Notes under the pieces: generated by a model | Told to the model about the DNA's origin: nothing | Databases searched by the model: none | What the model saw: the letters and a program-made list of their open reading frames with translations, nothing else | Shown here: positions 25,489-32,000 of the stretch, one piece after another | Layout of the letters: each line of letters opens with the position of its first letter | How positions within the stretch are numbered: the first letter of the stretch is position 1 | From: Methanopyrus kandleri AV19 | Lineage (GTDB): Archaea > JAADCQ01 > Methanopyri > Methanopyrales > Methanopyraceae | DNA: 32,000 bases | Assembly: GCF_000007185.1 (NCBI RefSeq) | Contig: NC_003551.1 | Location: 330,001-362,000 of the forward strand | Direction of reading: 5' to 3' | Program-made: the position numbers and the translations under genes

Positions 25489-26786
25489 GCTATCAACCCC
25501 ACCAGAGGATTCACCGAGACTTTGAACGTTATCACCGCGGCGAGTATACCCGCTCCGGCTATCGTCGCGGCGAGTGACACCGGAAGCTTAACACCGAAGA
25601 CCTCGATGTAATCTCCGGACTCATGCTCCTCCGACGCGAACACGTCAGATATCCTTACCGGAATCCGCTTCGTGCCGCTTATATACTCATCATAAAGGCG
25701 TGTCACTTCCTCGTACTCCGGTATCAGTTCCGAGTCCACCAACCGCGCCGCTTCATCCCGCTGACCCCGCTCCAGCAGCTCCGCGACGCGCTTGCACTCT
25801 TCGGACATCTCTACCAGGAGATCACGAATTTTAGCGGCGATCTCCGCGAGCCGCTGGAGCTCCGATCGGTACTCCGGATGGGTCTCGGCGGCTTTACTCA
25901 GGTACTCCACGGTACGACCCCAGGTCTCGGCGGCCATCGCGTACCATCGGGCCAACTTACGGTATCCCTCCGGAGTCGGCGGAACTCTACCTCCCTCGAG
26001 AGCGTAGAGGTACAGGGCCTCTAGGAAGGCTTTGTCCAGTTCGGTCCGATAGTTGTCGTAATTCGGAGGGAGCTCTTGTCCGATGTAGTAGTAACCGTTC
26101 TCGAAAGTGGCGGCCGGGATCCCGTGTTTGGCGACAGGGGCGGTGACCCACGGTGGAGACGTTCCAGTCTGTTGCGTGTCGACCCTCGCACCGATCACTC
26201 CGGCTAGTACCTCGCAGATCTGAAGCGCCCGTTGGAAGGACTCAGGGTTGTCGTTCCCGTGGATCGGGCCGGCCGGGATTAGGATGAACTCTGACACTCC
26301 CCAGCTCGGCCGGTGCGCGTGAACGTCTAGGAAGAGCTCGGGTTTCCTTGTGATAGGCACACCGACTTTGCTCCCCAGCTCCTTGGGATGTAGCACGTAA
26401 GGCAGCACGTGGTTGTAAAACGTAAGCTGTCCGAGATCACGTGATACTCGGTACTTCTCCTCTTCACTTCCGGATTGATAGTACTCCGCCGGAATCTTGA
26501 TCCACGAGACTACGAGGGTCCCCTCGAACTCGCCAGAGTTATACACGAACCACTTCACAGCCTCGAACATGCATTTGTGGGCTTGATATTCCAGTGGATG
26601 AACACCTAAGGACACCCACACAAAGTGGCCATTACCGTTCTTCCAAACATAATACTCAACCGGAACTTCATACGTTTTGTCGCCTAAGGTAACTCGATAT
26701 GTCTCCACTAGCTCACCATATTGCATCGAGTAGACTCCGGTAAGTGCCGTAAAAGTCATCGCGAGCGCCATCACCACACGACGCAC
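25449..26786 (-). CDS. Exported, membrane-anchored protein with an HxxE...H zinc-hydrolase-like (M14 / AstE-AspA-like) N-terminal domain and a helical C-terminal region
   Basis: I chose GTG 26786 (GGTGA upstream; n-region RRVV followed by the hydrophobic MALAMTFTALTGV). GVHPLEYQAH and LDVHAH are candidate metal ligands. The C-terminus has two hydrophobic segments. The track ORF's upstream 150 codons overlap ahcY and are junk. Confidence 0.7.
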   Translation of the reverse strand: MRRVVMALAMTFTALTGVYSMQYGELVETYRVTLGDKTYEVPVEYYVWKNGNGHFVWVSLGVHPLEYQAHKCMFEAVKWFVYNSGEFEGTLVVSWIKIPAEYYQSGSEEEKYRVSRDLGQLTFYNHVLPYVLHPKELGSKVGVPITRKPELFLDVHAHRPSWGVSEFILIPAGPIHGNDNPESFQRALQICEVLAGVIGARVDTQQTGTSPPWVTAPVAKHGIPAATFENGYYYIGQELPPNYDNYRTELDKAFLEALYLYALEGGRVPPTPEGYRKLARWYAMAAETWGRTVEYLSKAAETHPEYRSELQRLAEIAAKIRDLLVEMSEECKRVAELLERGQRDEAARLVDSELIPEYEEVTRLYDEYISGTKRIPVRISDVFASEEHESGDYIEVFGVKLPVSLAATIAGAGILAAVITFKVSVNPLVGLIACGALLWLSRRWS

Positions 26787-26997
26787 CCTCTCACCCCCCT
26801 GAGACGATAAAGGTGTACCCGGCGGCCAGGCCGCCCGATCATCGACGGCACTACGGCCACTCACGGGCGTGACGGGAACCGATGTGCCGGGAGCGTGACC
26901 GCGGGGATCACCGCCGGGAGACTCCCGTCTCCCCCCGTCGGGGGCCCGGCGTGGACACTCGATCACCCTCATTACCATTTTCGGGGGATGCTCGACG

Positions 26998-28272
26998 TTG
27001 GTCGTAGTTAAGGAGGGTGAGTACGCTATTCGGGACCCCTCCCTGGCTCCGAAAGGTCGAGACATGATTGAGTGGGCTCGGGACCACATGCCGGTATTAG
27101 GGGCCATCCGTGAGCGGTTCGAAGAAGAACGGCCGCTCGAAGGTATAACCGTGGGAATGACCCTGCATCTCGAGGCCAAGACGGCCGTTCTGGTCGAAAC
27201 GCTGATGGCCGGTGGCGCCGAGGTAGCCATCACCGGATGCAATCCACTTTCGACGAAAGATGAAGTTGCGGCGGCACTCGTGGAGGAAGGAGTGCACGTA
27301 TACGCCTGGCGCGGGGAGACGGAGGAAGAGTACTACCAGAACATCGACCGGGTGCTCTCCCACGAGCCCGACATCATAGTCGACGACGGTGCCGACTGTA
27401 TCGCGCGCGTGCACACCGAGTTCCCGGACCTAGCGGAGCGCGTGATCGGGGCCACCGAGGAGACCACGACGGGCGTTAACAGACTGCACGCGATGCACAG
27501 GGAGGGCGTCCTGAAGTTCCCGGTCATCGCCGTGAACGACGCTAAGACGAAATACCTCATGGACAACCGTTACGGGACCGGACAGAGCGCGCTGGACGGA
27601 TTGATGCGGGCCACCAACATCCTCCTAGCGGGCAAGACCGTAGTGGTAGTCGGGTACGGGTGGTGCGGTCGCGGCATTGCACGTCGAGCGCGGGGCTTGG
27701 GCGCCAACGTCATAGTAGTGGAGGTAGACCCGATCAAGGCCATGGAGGCTATCTTCGACGGATTCCGAGTGATGCCGATGGACCGCGCCGCCGAGGAAGG
27801 TGACATCTTCATCACCGCTACCGGGAATCGGGATGTGATCCGTGGCGAACACATCGAAAAGATGAAGGACGGCGTCATTTTAGCCAACGCGGGTCACTTC
27901 GACGTGGAGATCGACAAGGAGTATCTCGAGGAACATTGCGAGGAAAAGATCGACCGCAGGGGTGGCCTGGTCACCGAATACCGGATGCCAGACGGTAAGA
28001 GGGTCTACCTGATCGCAGAGGGGAGACTAGTGAACCTGGCGGCCGGCGAGGGACACCCTATTGAGATCATGGACATCAGCTTCGCACTCCAAGCGCTTTC
28101 CGTCGAGGTGTTGGCGAAAGAAGGGAAGGAGATGGAACCCGGAGTGTACAAGGTACCGAAAGACGTTGACAAGCGCGTCGCTGAACTGAAGCTAGAATCC
28201 ATGGGGATCGAGTTGGAGGAACTGACACCGGAACAGCGCGAGTACATGAAGAGCTGGGAAGAAGGTACATAG
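26998..28272 (+). CDS. ahcY: S-adenosyl-L-homocysteine hydrolase family (in methanogens possibly S-inosyl-L-homocysteine hydrolase)
   Basis: [32 protein letters not shown] and the NAD site [12 protein letters not shown] are all present. The start is TTG. Confidence 0.95.
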   Translation: MVVVKEGEYAIRDPSLAPKGRDMIEWARDHMPVLGAIRERFEEERPLEGITVGMTLHLEAKTAVLVETLMAGGAEVAITGCNPLSTKDEVAAALVEEGVHVYAWRGETEEEYYQNIDRVLSHEPDIIVDDGADCIARVHTEFPDLAERVIGATEETTTGVNRLHAMHREGVLKFPVIAVNDAKTKYLMDNRYGTGQSALDGLMRATNILLAGKTVVVVGYGWCGRGIARRARGLGANVIVVEVDPIKAMEAIFDGFRVMPMDRAAEEGDIFITATGNRDVIRGEHIEKMKDGVILANAGHFDVEIDKEYLEEHCEEKIDRRGGLVTEYRMPDGKRVYLIAEGRLVNLAAGEGHPIEIMDISFALQALSVEVLAKEGKEMEPGVYKVPKDVDKRVAELKLESMGIELEELTPEQREYMKSWEEGT

Positions 28273-28362
28273 CGTCGAGGATCGGGCTCCGAAAAGTTAT
28301 TTTGCCAGCAATTAACAGGACCTCTCGGCGCGCGCCTTTTCAACCGAATAACGGGAGGGAAC

Positions 28363-28678
28363 GTGATGAAACTAGACGATGTCGTCAAGGAGCACGGCGT
28401 TCTCTGTGCGTTTGTTGCCACCGAGGATGGGTTCGTGGTCGACGCGGCATCCGACACCGACATAGATCCCGAGGAGAGTGCGGCTCTGGCGGCTGACCGC
28501 CGTTATGAGACTCCGAAACGTGATGAGCAGACTGGTTTTGGCGCTGAAAGAGGTCGAAGGTGGGATCATCGTCGGACTGTTGTACGATAGCAACTAGATC
28601 CCTACTGGAGCCGTCAAGTTAATTCTTCAGGAGCTTGAGGAGGAGTACAGGGGGAGAAGCGTCGAGGAGTTGCTTTGA
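28363..28678 (+). pseudogene. Roadblock/LC7 (MglB-like) domain gene interrupted by a +1 frame change and an in-frame TAG
   Basis: Frame 1 gives MMKLDDVVKEHGVLCAFVATEDGFVVDAASDTDIDPEESAALAA. The domain continues in the next frame from about 28493 (LTAVMRLRNVMSRLVLALKEVEGGIIVGLLYDSN). A TAG at 28595-28597 follows, and then 26 more sensible codons (IPTGAVKLILQELEEEYRGRSVEELL) run to TGA 28676-28678. Confidence 0.6.
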
Positions 28679-28699
28679 GGGCCACCACCGGGGGCGTAA

Positions 28700-29122
28700 G
28701 TGGTGGCTATCGAGATCGAAGACGTGAACGAGGTCCTACTAGCTGCATCGCTGTCAGCGCTTAAAGAGCTCGGTGAAACTCCTCATACGATCGCACTAGT
28801 CGTGAGGAGTCTGCTCGAAGACGGAGTGGAGGAGATCCCTAAGGGGTTCCTGGACGAGCTTAGGGAGGCATTGCACTCCCCTCCTGGATCCGTACAGTCG
28901 CGGAAAGGTACGAGGTACGAAATAGGTAATGAGGACGGGAATATCACCATTCGAATCGAAAGCTGTAGCTGGAAATCTATTTGTGAACTTCAGGAAGAAA
29001 TGGGACAAAAAATCTGTCCTGTAGCAATCATTATCGATGCTATATCTGAAACATTACCTATTTATATCGAATTTAACAGCAGTTCAGACTGCGTAGTTGA
29101 AGCTAAGAGGGTGAGGACATGA
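28700..29122 (+). CDS. V4R-like (COG1719-type) small Cys-motif protein
   Basis: The C-terminal half ITIRIESCSWKSICELQEEMGQKICPVAIIIDAISETLPIYIEFNSSSDCVV fits the V4R pattern (xEC...C...C...G...C). The start is GTG. GC content drops sharply in mid-gene, at about 28900. Confidence 0.65.
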   Translation: MVAIEIEDVNEVLLAASLSALKELGETPHTIALVVRSLLEDGVEEIPKGFLDELREALHSPPGSVQSRKGTRYEIGNEDGNITIRIESCSWKSICELQEEMGQKICPVAIIIDAISETLPIYIEFNSSSDCVVEAKRVRT

Positions 29123-29355
29123 GTATTGCCAGTATCGAGCATACAATCGCGATAATGTCTACTCTTAATAAAGTAATTAAAGAGAATGACGGTTCAGTAA
29201 CACATTTCCACCTAAGTATTGTTTCGAGTAAAATAATGGAAACACAAACGGCCAAAAGACGGGTGGAACAAGTACTCGAAAACTGCAAAAAGGTGTCGAC
29301 ACTGCTGTTAAAAATGGCGAATCAAAGGTCGATATTGATGGATACATGTCGATAG
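29119..29355 (+). CDS. Hypothetical small helical protein (AT-rich gene)
   Basis: The 78-aa ORF overlaps the upstream stop in ATGA. A strong GAGGGTGAGG lies 3 nt upstream of its ATG. I recognise no family. Confidence 0.5.
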   Translation: MSIASIEHTIAIMSTLNKVIKENDGSVTHFHLSIVSSKIMETQTAKRRVEQVLENCKKVSTLLLKMANQRSILMDTCR

Positions 29356-29579
29356 AATTTCGATTAGAATTCGATGATGTTATATTATGTACAATAAATG
29401 AGTGCCCTTATAGGAGATGGTGTACTAAAATATTATCGATGGTAATAGAGGGAGAGGAACTAATGGTACTGCCATGTACAATCCTCATGGAGTGCTGCCT
29501 CCAGGACTCTCATGGGGGAGTGCATAAGGTCGAACCAGATGAGAACTCCTGCGAAATCGAGATCGTGCTCAGACACTGA
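29346..29579 (+). CDS. V4R-like mini-protein (77 aa, 7 Cys)
   Basis: VILCTINECPYRRWC...LPCTILMECC...NSCEIEIVL repeats the V4R Cys spacing. It overlaps the previous ORF by 10 nt and ends 1 nt before the methyltransferase start. Confidence 0.55.
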   Translation: MSIEFRLEFDDVILCTINECPYRRWCTKILSMVIEGEELMVLPCTILMECCLQDSHGGVHKVEPDENSCEIEIVLRH

Positions 29580-29580
29580 G

Positions 29581-30552
29581 GTGTTCCTACCCGAGATCGA
29601 CGATCGATGTCACGAGCTGGCGGAGCGCTACGGCGTTCGGCCTTACATGGTGGCCCGATATCTGACCTTCTTAGGACGGTCCGAAACCGAGAGACTTCTG
29701 AAACATATGGAGGACATCCGTCCGGCCATTCGGACGAATACTATCTTGATAGATCCTGAAGAACTTCGACGTGTCTTGGAAGAGAAGCGAGGATTCGAGC
29801 TGAAGCGCTGCCCCGAGCCCGTGGATGTGGGGTTTTGGATCCTCAACGACCCGCCTATCTCCATCGGCGCCACCTTGGAGTACATGATGGGGTACTACGT
29901 GCCCCAGGACGCCGCTTCCATGTTACCTCCGGTCGTACTGGACCCGAAACCTGGAGATCGAGTGCTCGACGCGTGTGCGGCCCCGGGTGGGAAGACCACC
30001 CACCTGGCCCAACTCATGGACAACGAAGGCACGTTGATAGCCATCGACGTGGACCCGGACCGCATGCGGGCGTTGAAGAGCAACCTAGCCAGATGCGGTG
30101 TCGCCAACGCGGTGGCCCTCCGTATGAACGCCCTCGACTTGCCGAGCACCGACTGGGAGTTCGATCGAATCCTTCTCGACGCGCCGTGCACCGGGGAGGG
30201 AACTATCCACAAAGACCCTTCTAGGAAGACTAGCCGCGATCCGGAGGACATCGCCACGTGTGCCAGGTTACAGCGCCGCTTGATAGACGCGGTCGTAGAT
30301 GTGTTGAGACCAGGCGGTGTGCTGGTCTACTCCACCTGCACATTCTCGCCCGAAGAGAACGAGCTGATAGTGCAATACGCCGTAGATGAACACGGACTGG
30401 AGCCGGAGCCCGTGGACGTGGGGTGGGCGGACAGGGGACTACGCGTGCCGGGGGTCGAGCCGAAGGTGCGACGGACGTGCGCCCGGCTGTATCCCCACAG
30501 ACACGGTATGGGGATCTTTTTCGTCGCTAGATTACGGAAGCCCCTCAGCTAA
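29581..30552 (+). CDS. NOP2/Sun (RsmB/Trm4) family RNA cytosine-C5 methyltransferase
   Basis: The SAM motif is VLDACAAPGGKT. The catalytic motifs are DRILLDAPCTGEG (motif IV, PC) and VYSTCTFSPEENE (motif VI, TC). I chose GTG 29581 as the start; ATG 29539 is also possible. Confidence 0.9.
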   Translation: MFLPEIDDRCHELAERYGVRPYMVARYLTFLGRSETERLLKHMEDIRPAIRTNTILIDPEELRRVLEEKRGFELKRCPEPVDVGFWILNDPPISIGATLEYMMGYYVPQDAASMLPPVVLDPKPGDRVLDACAAPGGKTTHLAQLMDNEGTLIAIDVDPDRMRALKSNLARCGVANAVALRMNALDLPSTDWEFDRILLDAPCTGEGTIHKDPSRKTSRDPEDIATCARLQRRLIDAVVDVLRPGGVLVYSTCTFSPEENELIVQYAVDEHGLEPEPVDVGWADRGLRVPGVEPKVRRTCARLYPHRHGMGIFFVARLRKPLS

Positions 30553-30612
30553 GGCCCCATCGATCACCCATTAATAGCTCACCAAGGGATTCCTTCGTCA
30601 TCGGGGCGCGCA

Positions 30613-31065
30613 TTGGGAGCATTGGAGGAGTTCGAGTGGAAGCTCGCCGAACACGATGTTCCTATTCCCGTCCGTCAGGACGCTGTGGCGCTGTACCGTG
30701 TGTTACTGGAGACGGTTCGAATTTGGGGGATAGAGAGGGAGGAAGGCGTTCGGGAGAGTAGAAGCGAAGTCCGCGCACGGATCAGCTGTGAGGGACTCGA
30801 TTGCGCCGTCCTCACGAAGGTGGGTGAAGATCGGCCACAACTTCTCCTGAGAACTGTCTTGGGTCCGAGGTTGCTCGCGGAAGTGTTCGAGCGGGCACAC
30901 GAGAGCGGCGTCAGATCCTTCCACTTCGACCTTCAGGGGCGAGGATTGCGGGTAGAGGGCGAGTACGACGTGGGCATCGTTCAGATCAAGGTCGTCGGCG
31001 GGGGAGCGGGGTGGGAGCTGCTGGAGGATTTAGAGAAGAGGGGGTTCTCTGTAACTGGGTTATAG
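30613..31065 (+). CDS. Hypothetical protein
   Basis: This 150-aa ORF has a TTG start and a TATA-like CATTAATAGC about 40 nt upstream. I recognise no family. Confidence 0.55.
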   Translation: MGALEEFEWKLAEHDVPIPVRQDAVALYRVLLETVRIWGIEREEGVRESRSEVRARISCEGLDCAVLTKVGEDRPQLLLRTVLGPRLLAEVFERAHESGVRSFHFDLQGRGLRVEGEYDVGIVQIKVVGGGAGWELLEDLEKRGFSVTGL

Positions 31066-31115
31066 TCGGTCGGCAAAGGGAGAGTTCCTCACACGTTCGG
31101 ATAGCGGGGACCTCC

Positions 31116-32000
31116 TCATCCCGATGCGACGAGCTCCTCACAGAGGTCGATGAACCGTTCCCGAGCGTTGCCCCCGAAGAGTTCCTTACCTCTCTCCCCC
31201 ATACGCTTCAGGTCTTCGGGATCGATGCTCAGGGCTCGACTCACGGCTTTTACGACCTCTTCGGGGTTAGAAGCGTCTTCGGCTGCCACCGCAACACCGC
31301 GTTTCTCCAACTTCTTAGCGGTAACGTATTGATGGTCCCTGAGCACGTCCCTCCTGGGCAGAACCACCACCGGCTTCCCCAGCGCGGCGGCCTCCACGGG
31401 AGTGGCTCCCCCTAGGCACACGACGAGATCGGCTGCCTTCAACAGGGCCGGAAAATCGTGGAAGAAGCGCTTCACCACGATCCCAGAACACAGTCCATTC
31501 AGCGCTCGTTTCAAGCGCTTGGGATCCATGGCGTTCCCCGTGTTCACGACCACTTCCCAATCCCTAAGTAGCCCCTCTTCGGCGCACCTGACGAGCCCCT
31601 CCAGAGCGGGCTTGTAGCCGGCCGAGCCCGTAGTCCACACGAGTACTCGATCTCCCAGGTCGTACTTCTCCCGGGCCTCCTCCGGATCGGCCTCCTCGAA
31701 GCTCCGAGGCAACACGATACCGACGTTGATCACCCGATCGCCGTAGTACTCGGCCATATCCTCATCCCAGACTCCGATGATGTCTGCGCACAACTTCGCG
31801 ACCTTACCCGAGACGGAGACTACGTCGGTCGGCTCGTAATGTGCCACGGGTAATCGCTTGAACTTCCCGGCGATCATCGGCCCGATAGCCACACCGGCCC
31901 CCGTGGACAGGATTAGATCGGGCCGCACGTCACGGAGTACTTTGGAAGCCGCTAGGTAGTTCTTCAGCCCGCCCAGAGCGGCCTTCCAGGAGGTATCACC
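31116..32000 (-). CDS. MurG-like glycosyltransferase (GT28 family); N-terminus lies beyond the window end
   Basis: RPDLILSTGAGVAIGPMIAG, ADLVVCLGGATPVEAAALGKPVVVLP and a C-terminal helix are typical of MurG/Alg13-14-type enzymes. The reading frame stays open upstream of the track M (31928) to position 32000. Confidence 0.85.
   Translation of the reverse strand, partial: GDTSWKAALGGLKNYLAASKVLRDVRPDLILSTGAGVAIGPMIAGKFKRLPVAHYEPTDVVSVSGKVAKLCADIIGVWDEDMAEYYGDRVINVGIVLPRSFEEADPEEAREKYDLGDRVLVWTTGSAGYKPALEGLVRCAEEGLLRDWEVVVNTGNAMDPKRLKRALNGLCSGIVVKRFFHDFPALLKAADLVVCLGGATPVEAAALGKPVVVLPRRDVLRDHQYVTAKKLEKRGVAVAAEDASNPEEVVKAVSRALSIDPEDLKRMGERGKELFGGNARERFIDLCEELVASG

Noticed and set aside
26787-27242. 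152-codon upstream extension of the 597-aa minus-strand ORF
   Set aside because: It is antisense to the well-supported ahcY start region, and its translation is Pro/Arg/Ser-rich. A signal-peptide-like start exists at GTG 26786 or ATG 26771.
28595-28597. In-frame TAG of the Roadblock gene as a pyrrolysine codon
   Set aside because: There is no pyl machinery or PYLIS-like context in the window. The same gene also carries a frame change 100 nt upstream, so decay or sequence error is the simpler explanation.

Overview
This is a GC-rich (about 60% by eye) archaeal chromosomal window. The proteins are acidic, genes are tightly packed and often overlap by 4 nt, and several families are methanogen-specific. 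It looks like a hyperthermophilic methanogen such as Methanopyrus, but that assignment is inference only. Most of the window is core metabolism and RNA processing. Recognised genes are glnA (partial), a RaSEA-like radical SAM enzyme, endA, trpS, a THUMP-FtsJ methyltransferase, hmgA, a DUF39-ferredoxin protein, a TusA-DsrE fusion, an M29 aminopeptidase, archaeal ribC, GMP synthase subunit B, hisA, hisG, an MTA/SAH deaminase, an SAH (or SIH) hydrolase, a NOP2/Sun m5C methyltransferase and a partial MurG-like glycosyltransferase. I found no rRNA, tRNA, CRISPR array or transposase. Eight regions deserve a second look. (1) A roughly 600-bp AT-rich patch (27-45% GC) lies inside a co-directional mini-operon: a disrupted Roadblock/LC7 gene, two V4R-like Cys-motif mini-proteins and a small helical protein. 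(2) A roughly 300-nt GC-rich region with no credible ORF but many hairpins sits between the DUF39-ferredoxin and TusA-DsrE genes. (3) A triple CGATTGT(T)C repeat sits in the TusA-DsrE promoter. (4) A perfect GGAA-N6-TTCC palindrome (NrpR-operator type) sits next to a palindromic TATA between glnA and a divergent gene. (5) The conserved N-terminus of trpS has no canonical start codon. (6) An uncharacterised three-gene operon ends in a COG3044 ABC-class ATPase. (7) Two ORFs overlap in different frames downstream of the membrane-protein gene. (8) GC content drops within single genes. All functional calls come from motifs read by eye in the translations. No database search was run.
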